From NCBI RefSeq assembly GCF_000186885.1, contig NC_014972.1:3270001-3302000 (forward strand): DNA of 32,000 nucleotides, written 5' to 3'. The DNA comes from Desulfobulbus propionicus DSM 2032 (GTDB lineage: Bacteria > Desulfobacterota > Desulfobulbia > Desulfobulbales > Desulfobulbaceae). The notes under the pieces are model-generated. The model searched no databases. It worked only from the letters and a program-made list of their open reading frames with translations, and was not told the DNA's origin. The stretch's first letter is position 1; each line of letters opens with the position of its first letter. This document shows, one piece after another, positions 8,750 through 17,221 of this stretch. The position numbers and the translations under genes are program-made.

Positions 8750-10057
8750 TCAAAGACATTGGAGCCAGCCGATACTCCACATGCAGTGGCCGCAGGGTAC
8801 ACGACTGCCGTAGCAGTCATGCATGCCTAGGAGATTGGCATTGACCAGATCGGCACAGGGCGCCGAGGTGCAGCTCCAGCAAGGAGCGTACTCGCTGTGC
8901 CCGACCTCGATCCGAAAGGCGGTATATTCCGCTTTTTGCCAGATAGCCTCCAGCGATTCATCCTCGATGGAGCCCACAACGCGCTTGTTCACCCGGATAC
9001 TGCCGTGATTGACCTGACTGGGGCAGGTGTGCCATAAAAAATGACAGGGCATGACCTTGCCGTCTTTATCGATGAAGACCGCGTCGTCGTCGATAAAGGG
9101 GCATCTCCGGTGGCCATTGGCCGGCGCGTGGAGCGGCGGCAGGAACAGATCGATCCCATGTTTGCTTGCCGTCAGCCGGGCGCGGTGAAAATGAGCCTCG
9201 ATTTCTCCCATGTCGCGGTCGCTCTGCGCCACCAGATTGGGAAAATGAAGCGTGAGATCCTGTTGCTTGGCTTCCTGGCGCATGGCGTCTCCGAGTTGGA
9301 CGACCAAGGCATCTGCCGCACTCTTGGAGAACTTGAGCTGCGCAACGGGCAAATCCGCCAGGTTCACCCCTTGCCCCTTGGCCGCCGCCGACCATTTGGC
9401 AAAAAGGTTGGTTGCCTCACGACTGTTGGGATTGAACAGGCTGTATTCGCCCAACGAGCCATCGTAGGAAAACAGGTGACTGACGATGATGAAATCGACC
9501 TGATGCTCGCCGGCCCATGCCACCACGTCCGACAATTGGTGCAGTGTCTCCTTGCGGAGAACCACCTCAAGGCCAATGCGAACGCGCCGCTGGCTTGCTG
9601 CTCTTGCCTGTATCAGATGGGCAATCGCCTTGGTCACCGAGGAGCGTTGATGTCCGCCCCGGTTGCGCTCCTTGTCCTCGTCCGCATCCAAACTGTCCAA
9701 TGACAAGCACACGGTATCAAGCCCAGCCTCGATTAAGCGCACGGCGCGGCCGTGATTGAGCAGCAACCCATTGCTCTGGAAGCCGATGCGGCCATCAGGA
9801 GGCATCACCGCTCGGGCGAGGGCGATCATTTCTTCCAGGTCAGGGTGGAGCAGGGGCTCACCGAGCCCGTTGAGCACGAGGAATTCGGTGTGCGACAGGG
9901 AGGCGGTCGCCAGCTTTTTGAAAAGCGCCAGCGGCAGTTCCCCTTCCTCAATGCAGCTTCCCTCGGAAAATTTCAAGCACATGGGACACTGCAAGTTGCA
10001 GCGGGTGGTCAATTCAACATAGACCTTTTTCGGGTATGGGGACAGCATGATGGTCAT
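8750..10057 (-). CDS. Radical SAM enzyme with C-terminal SPASM/twitch-type auxiliary cluster domain
   Basis: 435 aa. CX3CX2C motif at TTRCNLQCPMC and GGE-like LNGLGEPLLH. The C-terminal part has CPFIDDDAVFIDKDGKVMPC (CX13GX4C), then CWSCTSAPC and CGHC. The start could instead be the second ATG at 10048. Confidence 0.88.
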   Translation of the reverse strand: MTIMLSPYPKKVYVELTTRCNLQCPMCLKFSEGSCIEEGELPLALFKKLATASLSHTEFLVLNGLGEPLLHPDLEEMIALARAVMPPDGRIGFQSNGLLLNHGRAVRLIEAGLDTVCLSLDSLDADEDKERNRGGHQRSSVTKAIAHLIQARAASQRRVRIGLEVVLRKETLHQLSDVVAWAGEHQVDFIIVSHLFSYDGSLGEYSLFNPNSREATNLFAKWSAAAKGQGVNLADLPVAQLKFSKSAADALVVQLGDAMRQEAKQQDLTLHFPNLVAQSDRDMGEIEAHFHRARLTASKHGIDLFLPPLHAPANGHRRCPFIDDDAVFIDKDGKVMPCHFLWHTCPSQVNHGSIRVNKRVVGSIEDESLEAIWQKAEYTAFRIEVGHSEYAPCWSCTSAPCADLVNANLLGMHDCYGSRVPCGHCMWSIGWLQCL

Positions 10058-10162
10058 TCAAGAAAACAATTACAATCAGACACAGGCGATCGGCTTGACG
10101 GCTTCACTAGTCGCGAAAATGATGCCCTCGGCCAGGGCGGTCTCGTCGTTCCTTGACCGAGA

Positions 10163-10393
10163 TCAGCTGATCCCCCCCTCAACTTCGCTTTGCTTCGGCA
10201 CCCGCCCCACGCACTTGACCTGACCGTCGACAACGACTGCAGGCGTAGAAAAAACGCCGAGCCTGGCAAACTCTTGAAAGTCCTTTACCTTGATGATCGT
10301 GGCCGCAATGCCTTTCGCCGCCACCGCCGCCTCCACAACCTTTTGCGTCTTTTCACAGGAAGCGCATCCTGGTCCACAGATCTTGATGTCCAT
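10163..10393 (-). CDS. Small thioredoxin-fold protein (redox-active disulfide protein 2 / MTH895-ArsE-like)
   Basis: MDIKICGPGCASCEKTQKVVEAAV...FSTPAVVVDGQVKCVGRVP: a CxxC right after the first beta strand and the cis-Pro TP motif typical of this about 77-aa family. The track start at 10405 adds MESN. I prefer ATG 10393 because the GGAG inside those extra codons sits about 6 nt upstream. Confidence 0.85.
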   Translation of the reverse strand: MDIKICGPGCASCEKTQKVVEAAVAAKGIAATIIKVKDFQEFARLGVFSTPAVVVDGQVKCVGRVPKQSEVEGGIS

Positions 10394-10567
10394 ATTGCTC
10401 TCCATCTGATAGCTTCAACAAAAAACCACGGCACATGCGCGCTTCTTCACCGCGCCCCTGCCCAGGCGGCATTGGCGATACAGGGAAGCCGCTCGGGCCG
10501 AAGCGTGATCGACCCGCTCCGATTTCCTCTCCACAAAGCAAGCCACATGCCTAGCCGTTCTATTTGC

Positions 10568-10596
10568 TTGACAAGAAAACATGGTTGATCTACCAA
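10568..10596 (+). promoter_or_regulatory. Candidate sigma-70 promoter and operator for arsR (possibly leaderless)
   Basis: TTGACA (10568..10573), 17-nt spacer, TACCAA (10591..10596, weak -10). The arsR ATG at 10604 has no SD and lies about 7 nt after the -10, which suggests a leaderless mRNA. The imperfect palindrome GGTtGATCtACC (10583..10594) spans the spacer and -10, where ArsR/SmtB operators commonly sit. Confidence 0.35.
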
Positions 10597-10603
10597 ATGA
10601 CAC

Positions 10604-10939
10604 ATGAAAAAACAACCACCGACCGACAAAGAAATGGCACTCATCGTGGCAAAGGCCAACGTCTTGAAGGCGTTGGGGCATCCCACCCGCCTGTGGATGG
10701 CGGAGCAGCTTGTTGATGGCGAAAAGTGCGTATGCGAATTGGCTGAATTCATTGATGCCGATTTTTCCACCATTTCCAAACATTTGTCGGTCCTTAAGCA
10801 GGCAGGTGTCGTCGAGGATGAAAAGCGCGGCAAGCAGGTATATTATCGTCTCAAAGTTCCCTGCGTTCTCAAGTATATGTCCTGCGTTGAAGCGGTGATC
10901 AAGACCACCGTCAAGGAGCAGGTGGAGATGCTGACCTGA
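10604..10939 (+). CDS. arsR: ArsR/SmtB family metalloregulatory repressor
   Basis: 111 aa. LKALGHPTRLWMAEQLVDGEKCVCELAEF carries the CVC metalloid-binding motif, followed by the wHTH STISKHLSVLKQAGVVEDEKRGKQVYYRL. Confidence 0.9.
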   Translation: MKKQPPTDKEMALIVAKANVLKALGHPTRLWMAEQLVDGEKCVCELAEFIDADFSTISKHLSVLKQAGVVEDEKRGKQVYYRLKVPCVLKYMSCVEAVIKTTVKEQVEMLT

Positions 10940-10998
10940 TCAGGTCGTTATTTTTCACCCTTTACAGGGTTAATTGACCAAACAAGCAAGGACGAGCT

Positions 10999-12297
10999 AT
11001 GGAATGGAGAGATGAGTGGAAATATCTACTGTTGATTATCGGTGTTTTTCTCGCCTGTTTTTACCTGCCGGTGGGGATGGAGCGGTTCGACAACGCCATG
11101 CTCGAAGCCTTGCACCTCGTCAAGTGGTATGCGCGTGAGCATGTGCTGCTGTGCCTGGTACCGGCGTTTTTCATAGCCGGTGCAATTGGCGTGTTCGTCA
11201 GCCAGACCTCGGTCATGAAATACCTCGGACCAACTGCCAACAAGATGGTGGCGTATGGAGTGGCCGCTGTTTCCGGCACCATACTGGCCGTGTGCTCCTG
11301 CACCATCCTTCCCCTATTCAGCGGCATCTACAGGATGGGGGCCGGCCTTGGGCCAGCGTGCGCTTTTCTCTATTCCGGTCCGGCGATCAATGTGCTGGCC
11401 ATCATTCTCACCGCCCGCATCCTTGGCACCGAAATCGGCATCGCCCGGGGGGTGGGAGCCGTTCTGTTCAGCGTGATCATCGGGGCCTTGATGGCCTTTC
11501 TTTTTCGCGGGGAAGAGCAGGAAAAAGCAGCCGTTCACATGGCCTTGCCCGAAGAGGAGGTCAAACGATCTCTGTGGCAGAACGCGCTCTATTTTGCCTC
11601 GATGGTCGGGGTTCTGGTGTTTGCCAACTGGGGCAAGCCGCAGGAGCCTGTTGGCGCCTGGGCAACCATCCATGCCATGAAATGGATCATCACCTCCGGA
11701 TTTGCCGCCGCCTTGGGGGTGATCCTCATTGCCTGGTTCAACATGAAGGCATGGAAAGTCGGCCTGATTGCCATTCCCGTGGTGGCACTGGCACTACTCT
11801 TCCCTGAGCAACCTGTCGTGGCCTTTGCCGCCGGACTGGTCGGGCTTTCCATGTTCACCAGCACGGACAAGGATGAATTGGGCGACTGGTTCTCTTCCTC
11901 ATGGGGCTTCGCCAAACAGATTTTGCCGCTGCTGCTGTTTGGCGTGTTGATTGCGGGCGCCTTGTTGGGCCGGGTTGGCCATGAAGGGTTGATACCCTCG
12001 GAATGGGTGGCCAAGGCCGTGGGCGGCAATTCCTTTCAGGCCAACTTTTTTGCTTCGTTTGCCGGAGCCTTCATGTATTTTGCGACCCTCACCGAAGTGC
12101 CCATCGTTCAGGGGCTGATCGGCAGCGGCATGGGCAAGGGACCAGCGCTGGCCCTACTCCTCGCGGGGCCCGCTCTGAGTTTGCCCAACATGCTGGTGAT
12201 CAACAGTGTCCTTGGGGTGAAAAAAACCGTCACCTTTGTTGCCTTGGTGATCGTGATGGCCACCTTGAGCGGCATGTTGTTCGGTTCGTTTTTTTAA
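10999..12297 (+). CDS. COG0701-type permease with vicinal-cysteine CSC motif (ArsP-like putative organoarsenical/arsenic permease)
   Basis: 432 aa and polytopic, with two repeated halves separated by a charged loop (RGEEQEKAAVHMALPEEEVKR). TILAVCSCTILPLFSGI resembles the CxC motif of ArsP-type permeases. It lies directly downstream of arsR. The permease call is solid; the substrate is inferred. Confidence 0.8.
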   Translation: MEWRDEWKYLLLIIGVFLACFYLPVGMERFDNAMLEALHLVKWYAREHVLLCLVPAFFIAGAIGVFVSQTSVMKYLGPTANKMVAYGVAAVSGTILAVCSCTILPLFSGIYRMGAGLGPACAFLYSGPAINVLAIILTARILGTEIGIARGVGAVLFSVIIGALMAFLFRGEEQEKAAVHMALPEEEVKRSLWQNALYFASMVGVLVFANWGKPQEPVGAWATIHAMKWIITSGFAAALGVILIAWFNMKAWKVGLIAIPVVALALLFPEQPVVAFAAGLVGLSMFTSTDKDELGDWFSSSWGFAKQILPLLLFGVLIAGALLGRVGHEGLIPSEWVAKAVGGNSFQANFFASFAGAFMYFATLTEVPIVQGLIGSGMGKGPALALLLAGPALSLPNMLVINSVLGVKKTVTFVALVIVMATLSGMLFGSFF

Positions 12298-12479
12298 ATC
12301 GCTTCGATGGAGGTAAAGACATTCAAAGTTCAGATATTGGACTTACAGGATGCAGAAAATATCCTCATCCGGAGGCACAAAGCTCCCTGATTGCCGCCTC
12401 CTGCCCCTTGCCCTCATCCCTTGCCAGGATCAACTCGCTCATTCAACTCTTACCGCTGGAAATTGAACGCATCAACGCT

Positions 12480-12506
12480 GAACAAGCCGGTTGTTCTATT
12501 ATTTGC
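12480..12506 (+). terminator. Weak terminator-like hairpin between the convergent permease and acr3
   Basis: GAACAA (12480..12485) / loop GCCGG / TTGTTC (12491..12496), followed by TATTATTTGC on the plus strand. The stem is short, and the hairpin overlaps the acr3 stop region. Confidence 0.3.
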
Positions 12507-13584
12507 TGCGGACATGGCAGACCCCGGTCAGCGTGCGTTGTGCGTGAGGGAAATACTTGTTTCTGAGCCGAAGGGCGACGTTCACCAAGGCGATGAGGAC
12601 CGGAACTTCGACCAGGGGGCCGATGACTGCGGCAAAAGCCTCGCCGGAATTAATGCCGAACACGGCGATGGCCACGGCAATGGCCAGCTCGAAATTGTTG
12701 GAGGCGGCGGTGAAACTCAGGGTCACGGTCTGCTCGTAAGTGGCGCCGACCTTCATAGACAGGAAGAAGGAGACGAAGAACATCACCAAAAAGTAAATGG
12801 TCAGGGGCACGGCGATGCGCAGCACATCAGACGGCAACTGGACGATGTATTCGCCCTTGAGCGAGAACATCACCAGGATGGTGAACAGCAGGAACATGAG
12901 GGTCAGGGGACTGATCCGGGGAATGAACACCTCCTCGTACCACGCCCTGCCCTTCAGCTTGATGCCGAGCAAACGGCTGAGCATGCCGGCAATGAAGGGA
13001 ATGCCCAGATAGATAAACACCGACTGACCGATCTCAGCGATGGAGACATCGACCACCGCCCCTGCTAAACCAAACCAGCCGGGGATGACGGTAATGAAGA
13101 TCCAGGCGTAAAGGGAAAAGAACAAAACCTGAAAAATCGAATTGAAGGCCACCAGCCCGGCGCAGTACTCGGTGTCGCCGTCGGCCAGATCGTTCCAGAC
13201 AATCACCATGGCGATACAGCGGGCCAGACCGATAAGGATCAGGCCGACCATGTAATGCTGTTGGCCGGAAAGCAGGGCGATAGCCAGGAGGAACATCAGC
13301 ACCGGCCCGATCACCCAGTTCTGCACCAAGGAGAGCAGCAGTACCCGGCCATTGCGAAAGACCTGGCCCAACTGCTCGTATTTGACCTTGGCGAGCGGCG
13401 GATACATCATCATGATCAGGCCGATGGCGATGGGAATGTTGGTGGTGCCCACCTGAAAGGCGTTGATCACCTGCTGCACGCCGGGAGCGGTGTAGCCCAG
13501 CATGACACCGGCGAACATGGCGAGAAAGATCCACAAGGTGAGGAAGCGATCCAAAAAACCGAGCTGTTTGGCCTGTTGCGACAT
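12499..13584 (-). CDS. acr3: ACR3 family arsenite efflux transporter
   Basis: Lies within ORF 12499..13680. Start moved to ATG 13584 ([24 protein letters not shown]..., AAGGA RBS upstream). Family strings include [12 protein letters not shown] and [24 protein letters not shown] (conserved Cys). Confidence 0.93.
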   Translation of the reverse strand: MSQQAKQLGFLDRFLTLWIFLAMFAGVMLGYTAPGVQQVINAFQVGTTNIPIAIGLIMMMYPPLAKVKYEQLGQVFRNGRVLLLSLVQNWVIGPVLMFLLAIALLSGQQHYMVGLILIGLARCIAMVIVWNDLADGDTEYCAGLVAFNSIFQVLFFSLYAWIFITVIPGWFGLAGAVVDVSIAEIGQSVFIYLGIPFIAGMLSRLLGIKLKGRAWYEEVFIPRISPLTLMFLLFTILVMFSLKGEYIVQLPSDVLRIAVPLTIYFLVMFFVSFFLSMKVGATYEQTVTLSFTAASNNFELAIAVAIAVFGINSGEAFAAVIGPLVEVPVLIALVNVALRLRNKYFPHAQRTLTGVCHVRSK

Positions 13585-13651
13585 GGTGCATCCTTGTGCG
13601 GAAGATTGAGCAGAAAAGTACGCTGACAGTGCGACGTCCGTCTTTTTTTTA

Positions 13652-13680
13652 TTTTTAATCCACCAAGACGGAGGCGTCAA
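13652..13680 (-). promoter_or_regulatory. Candidate sigma-70 promoter of acr3, bracketed by an inverted repeat
   Basis: The minus strand reads TTGACG (13680..13675), 17 nt, TAAAAA (13657..13652), about 65 nt upstream of the acr3 ATG. The 8-bp inverted repeat TCCGTCTT (13637..13644) / AAGACGGA (13665..13672) flanks the -10 region and could be an operator. Confidence 0.45.
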
Positions 13681-13830
13681 TCCCGTGCAACGTGTTCAAG
13701 TCATTGGCCAAAGGCACGGTCAGCTCGGACGTTCAGCCGGCCATCAAATGGTGAGGTGAAAGGTTGGCGAAGAAAACTGCCGGACAGGAGGGAGCATCCA
13801 TGGAGGGGAAAAAACGGGCGTTGGTTGATT

Positions 13831-13875
13831 GATCCTCCAGGCCCCCATGGCTTTGGCTCAGGGGGTCTGGAGATC
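13831..13875 (-). other. Long GC-rich stem-loop downstream of the relay operon (terminator-like or RNA-stabilising)
   Basis: Arms GATCCTCCAGGCCCCC (13831..13846) and GGGGGTCTGGAGATC (13861..13875) form about 15 pairs with one bulge and one G-U, around a 14-nt loop. On the minus strand a T6 run follows only after about 13 nt, so this is not a textbook intrinsic terminator. Confidence 0.4.
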
Positions 13876-13938
13876 ATCCAGGGTGATGCGGCGTCCGGAA
13901 AGGCGAGCCGCCCCTGCGATCGGCGCGATCGTAAGCGG

Positions 13939-14367
13939 TCACCACCCCTTGCAGCCGATAATGTTTTTGATGACCTCTTCAGTGCGTTTTTCCACCAGCA
14001 GCATCTTCTGCGCCTTGGCCTCCTTGATCTTGGCATTCAACGCCTGGATGTCGATCGGTTTTTCCAGAAAATCCATCGCCCCGAGCTTCATTGCCTCGAT
14101 TCCCTTTTCCACGGTCGCGTGGCCGGTGAGCAGGATAATCTGCAGATCGGGATTCTTGGCCCTGAGCCGGGTCAGCGCCTCCAGCCCGTCCATCTCCGGC
14201 ATCATCAGATCAAGGATGACGGCGTCGTAACTCTCTTCGCCCGCCTTGTCCAAGGCCTCCAGCGGCGAGGTGGTGGTGCTCACGTTCATGCCCCGATCGC
14301 GCATCCGCTCCGCCAGCACATCCATGAAATCCTGTTCATCGTCAATCAGCAACACTCGCTCGTTCAT
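13939..14367 (-). CDS. Single-domain response regulator (REC) with short C-terminal helical tail
   Basis: MNERVLLIDDEQDF...YDAVILDLMMPEMDGLE...LLTGHAT...MDFLEKP carries the full set of receiver signatures. ATG 14367 is preceded by AAGGAGG; the track start at 14370 is a GTG one codon upstream. Confidence 0.9.
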   Translation of the reverse strand: MNERVLLIDDEQDFMDVLAERMRDRGMNVSTTTSPLEALDKAGEESYDAVILDLMMPEMDGLEALTRLRAKNPDLQIILLTGHATVEKGIEAMKLGAMDFLEKPIDIQALNAKIKEAKAQKMLLVEKRTEEVIKNIIGCKGW

Positions 14368-14391
14368 CACAACCTCCTTCCAGCAGAATGA

Positions 14392-15048
14392 TCAATGGGA
14401 CGTGACGTCCAGCGGCAATCGCAGCACAATCTCTCCCGCCGCGGTCCGCAGGTCGACCTTGAGCCAGTCCATCAGCGCCTTTTCCTGCGCTCCGGGAAAG
14501 GACTCGGTTGCCACCAGAGGCAGGCCGCTGGGGTTCACCAGGCGGATCGCCACCGCTCCTTCCTCCACCGACACTGTCAGCAGCACCGATTCCCGCCGGG
14601 GCAGGGTCTCGATCACCTGCCGCAGCATCAGATAGACCAACGATTCCAGATAGATCAAGCAGGTGCGCACCGTGGTCTCGGCCGGGGTGACCGTCAACTC
14701 CAACTCCTTCATCGCCGCATGTCGCCCCGCCAATTCGACCATCAGGACCAGGGTCTCGGCCACGTTGCCCTGGAGAATCGGCGCGTCGGTGGTATGGGCG
14801 AAACGGTTGAGACTCTTCAACACCGCATCGCCGCGCTTGACCTGCTTGAGAATACGGCCGGTGGCCACGGCCAACCGATCAGGCGGAATCTCGATCCCCT
14901 TGGCCGCGCGCAGGGCCAGATCATCCAGCAGGCCGGCACTTTCGTTGACAATCGCCAGCACATTTTTCAGATCATGGGACACGGCGGCGGAAATCTTGCC
15001 AAACACCTGCAAACAGGCCGCGTCCAACGTTTCGTTGAGCGGTTCCAT
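14392..15048 (-). CDS. Sensor-less histidine-kinase-like protein with H-box but degenerate ATP-binding domain (candidate ChpT/Spo0B-type phosphotransferase)
   Basis: 218 aa with no TM segment. The H-box region ISAAVSHDLKNVLAIVNESAGLLDDL is paralogous to AAGIAHEINNPLAIINEKAGLIQDL of the neighbouring kinase. The C-terminal half (LVYLMLRQVIETLP...VAIRLVNPSGLPLV...) lacks a recognisable N-box Asn and DxGxG/GxGxGL boxes. The ATG directly abuts the upstream TGA, with a GGAGGAG RBS. Confidence 0.75.
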   Translation of the reverse strand: MEPLNETLDAACLQVFGKISAAVSHDLKNVLAIVNESAGLLDDLALRAAKGIEIPPDRLAVATGRILKQVKRGDAVLKSLNRFAHTTDAPILQGNVAETLVLMVELAGRHAAMKELELTVTPAETTVRTCLIYLESLVYLMLRQVIETLPRRESVLLTVSVEEGAVAIRLVNPSGLPLVATESFPGAQEKALMDWLKVDLRTAAGEIVLRLPLDVTSH

Positions 15049-15417
15049 TCACTCCTCCCCGGCGTCAAAGGCGGCATGAATCTTGGCCACCAGTTCCTGG
15101 ATATTGACCGGCTTGATCAGATAGTTATCCGCTCCGGCCTCCGAGGCCCCGGCCTCGAAATCCTCCTCCGAGCCGTGGCCGGTCAAAAAAATAAACCGCA
15201 TCGCCGGCGACAGTTTCTGCAATTCCGCCTTGAGCTGCAGGCCGTTCATCTTCGGCATCTTCATATCTAGCACCGCCAGATCGTAGGGACGCTCGGCCGC
15301 CAGCCGCAGCGCGTCCTCGCCGCACAGCGCCCAGTCGGCCTCGATGTCGCGCAACGACAGCCGTTCCGCCAGGGTCACCACCAATTCTTCCTCGTCGTCT
15401 ACCAACAGTACCTTCAT
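15049..15417 (-). CDS. Single-domain response regulator (REC)
   Basis: 122 aa. MKVLLVDDEEEL...YDLAVLDMKMPKMNGL...FLTGHGS...DNYLIKP. Confidence 0.92.
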   Translation of the reverse strand: MKVLLVDDEEELVVTLAERLSLRDIEADWALCGEDALRLAAERPYDLAVLDMKMPKMNGLQLKAELQKLSPAMRFIFLTGHGSEEDFEAGASEAGADNYLIKPVNIQELVAKIHAAFDAGEE

Positions 15418-15420
15418 CGC

Positions 15421-17190
15421 TTACCCCTTGTGCTCCGCCATGGTGAGCGGCAGCGTGATGATGAAACAGGTGCCCTTGCCCTGTTCACTGGTCACCCGGA
15501 TGGTTCCTCCCAGTTCGCTGACCAAGCCGTAGGTGATCGACAATCCCAGGCCGGTGCCGCCCCGACCGCCCTTGGTGGTGAAGAACGGCTCGAAAATTTT
15601 GGCCAGGTCTTCCGGCGGAATGCCGCAGCCGTCGTCGCTGATCGACAATTCCACCGCGCCGCTCCCCGCCTTGCGGACGGCGATTCCCAGGTTACCGCCA
15701 TCCTCCACCGCAGCAAAGGCATTTTTGATGATATTGAGCAGCACCTGCTGCAACTTCCCCTTGTCGCTGACAATATCCTCGATCCCGTCGTCAATGTCGA
15801 TCTTGATGGTGATCGAACGATACTCCGGCTCCTTGCCGAGAAAGCTGAGCACCTCGGTGATGATCTTGTGGAGATTGATCCGGGTGACGGTCGCCTCCGA
15901 CTGGCGGGCAAAGCTGAGCAGGCGGCGGGTGATCACCGAGCACCGCTCCACCGAGGAGACGATCGAGGCAATCAGCCCCAGCAGTTTGGCATCCTGTTTG
16001 TATTGCTCCTTGATCATGAACAGATCCTGGATCAGCCCGGCCTTCTCGTTGATGATCGCCAGCGGATTGTTGATCTCGTGGGCGATCCCCGCCGCCAGCC
16101 GGCCGATGCTGGCCATCTTCTCCGAATACTCGATCTCGTGAAGCATCATCACCCGTTTCTGGTCGGCGGTGTGGATGGCGTTGACCAGATAGGTGACCAC
16201 GCACAGCAGGACCAGGAGGATGATGCCCACGGTAAAGGAGAGGAAGATCAGGATCTTCATCCGCGTTTGCCGCCACTGGGCCATCAGCTCCGCCTTGGGG
16301 CTAACCAGCATGAGGATGAACGGCGAATTCTCCACATAGGCGTAACTGACCACCAGGGTGCCGTCGGCCACCGTCTCGGGCAACCGTGTGTCGGCGGCAC
16401 CCGGCACCGGCATGCCCTCGAGCTGATACCCCTCGGTATGATCGGAGAACTCGGGGACCGCCAGCGGCACCTTGCCGAGCACCTCGCCGAAATAGCGGGA
16501 TGGCGTCTGCAATACCCCCTCATGGTTGATGAGGAAGGCGTCACCGACCTCGCCGGTCTGTTCATGGGAGAGAATTTCCGTGAGCCGTTCGATGCTCACC
16601 GAGGTCCGGAGCACATAAAACGATCCGCCCGGCATCGACCGTTTCACCGCGATCACAATGTGGGGCAGATTACGCAGCCCCATGAACACGTCGCTGATGA
16701 AGATACCCCTGTTCTGGATCTCCTTGAACCACGGCTGGGACGAATAGTCGGCGTTCTCCAGGTGGAAGGGCCCTGAATAGGCACGCTGGATGCCGGCGGC
16801 ATCAATCACCCCCAGATCGGCAAACAGGCCCAAACCGCGGTTGAGGTTCTCGAGCAGGACCGTCAGCCGCCCCGGCTGGAGCAGCTGCTCAAAGGTATTG
16901 TCATGGATGATGAATTCCAGGGCGAACCGCTTCTTGGACAGGAGAAAGGATTCGGTCCGCCTGGTCTTGGCCACGAACCGGCTGGCCCGGGCCAGGGCCT
17001 CGGATTCAAAGGTGGCCTTGGTCACCTTGTACTCGTAGGCGGTCAGCATGACCAGCGGCAGAAACACGATCACCACCGAAATCAGCGCCGCCTCTTTCCA
17101 CAGGCGGCGGTAGTTGAACAGCTGCTTGTACATCCCCGAGGCATCGCCGTCGTGCCAGAATTCCGGGATGAACTTGTCAATCAACCACAT
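15421..17190 (-). CDS. Membrane sensor histidine kinase (2 TM, Cache-like periplasmic domain, HisKA, HATPase_c)
   Basis: 589 aa. TM helices around AALISVVIVFLPLVML and ILIFLSFTVGIILLVLLCVV. H-box AAGIAHEINNPLA, N-box LLNIIKNAFAAV, G-boxes SDDGCGIP and [22 protein letters not shown] upstream. Confidence 0.92.
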   Translation of the reverse strand: MWLIDKFIPEFWHDGDASGMYKQLFNYRRLWKEAALISVVIVFLPLVMLTAYEYKVTKATFESEALARASRFVAKTRRTESFLLSKKRFALEFIIHDNTFEQLLQPGRLTVLLENLNRGLGLFADLGVIDAAGIQRAYSGPFHLENADYSSQPWFKEIQNRGIFISDVFMGLRNLPHIVIAVKRSMPGGSFYVLRTSVSIERLTEILSHEQTGEVGDAFLINHEGVLQTPSRYFGEVLGKVPLAVPEFSDHTEGYQLEGMPVPGAADTRLPETVADGTLVVSYAYVENSPFILMLVSPKAELMAQWRQTRMKILIFLSFTVGIILLVLLCVVTYLVNAIHTADQKRVMMLHEIEYSEKMASIGRLAAGIAHEINNPLAIINEKAGLIQDLFMIKEQYKQDAKLLGLIASIVSSVERCSVITRRLLSFARQSEATVTRINLHKIITEVLSFLGKEPEYRSITIKIDIDDGIEDIVSDKGKLQQVLLNIIKNAFAAVEDGGNLGIAVRKAGSGAVELSISDDGCGIPPEDLAKIFEPFFTTKGGRGGTGLGLSITYGLVSELGGTIRVTSEQGKGTCFIITLPLTMAEHKG

Positions 17191-17221
17191 GGCCGCCCTC
17201 CTTTCGCCCGCGCGCCGACCG

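Noticed and set aside
12308-12500. A possible decayed thioredoxin-like gene downstream of the permease. The short frame MEVKTFKVQILD.. and an overlapping frame ..DIGLTGCRKY.. are reminiscent of the MKIxVLGTGCxxC N-terminus.
   Set aside because: The two similarities use the same nucleotides in different frames. No frame stays open with a start codon, and the rest of the region shows no convincing Trx-fold sequence. It is too weak to call even as a pseudogene, though a tBLASTN search with the 10163..10393 paralog would settle it.
13641-13657. A long T-run (TCTTTTTTTTATTTTTAA) that looks like a terminator tail on the plus strand.
   Set aside because: No plus-strand gene ends upstream of it, and no adequate hairpin precedes it. 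It is better explained as the A/T-rich -10 region of the minus-strand acr3 promoter.
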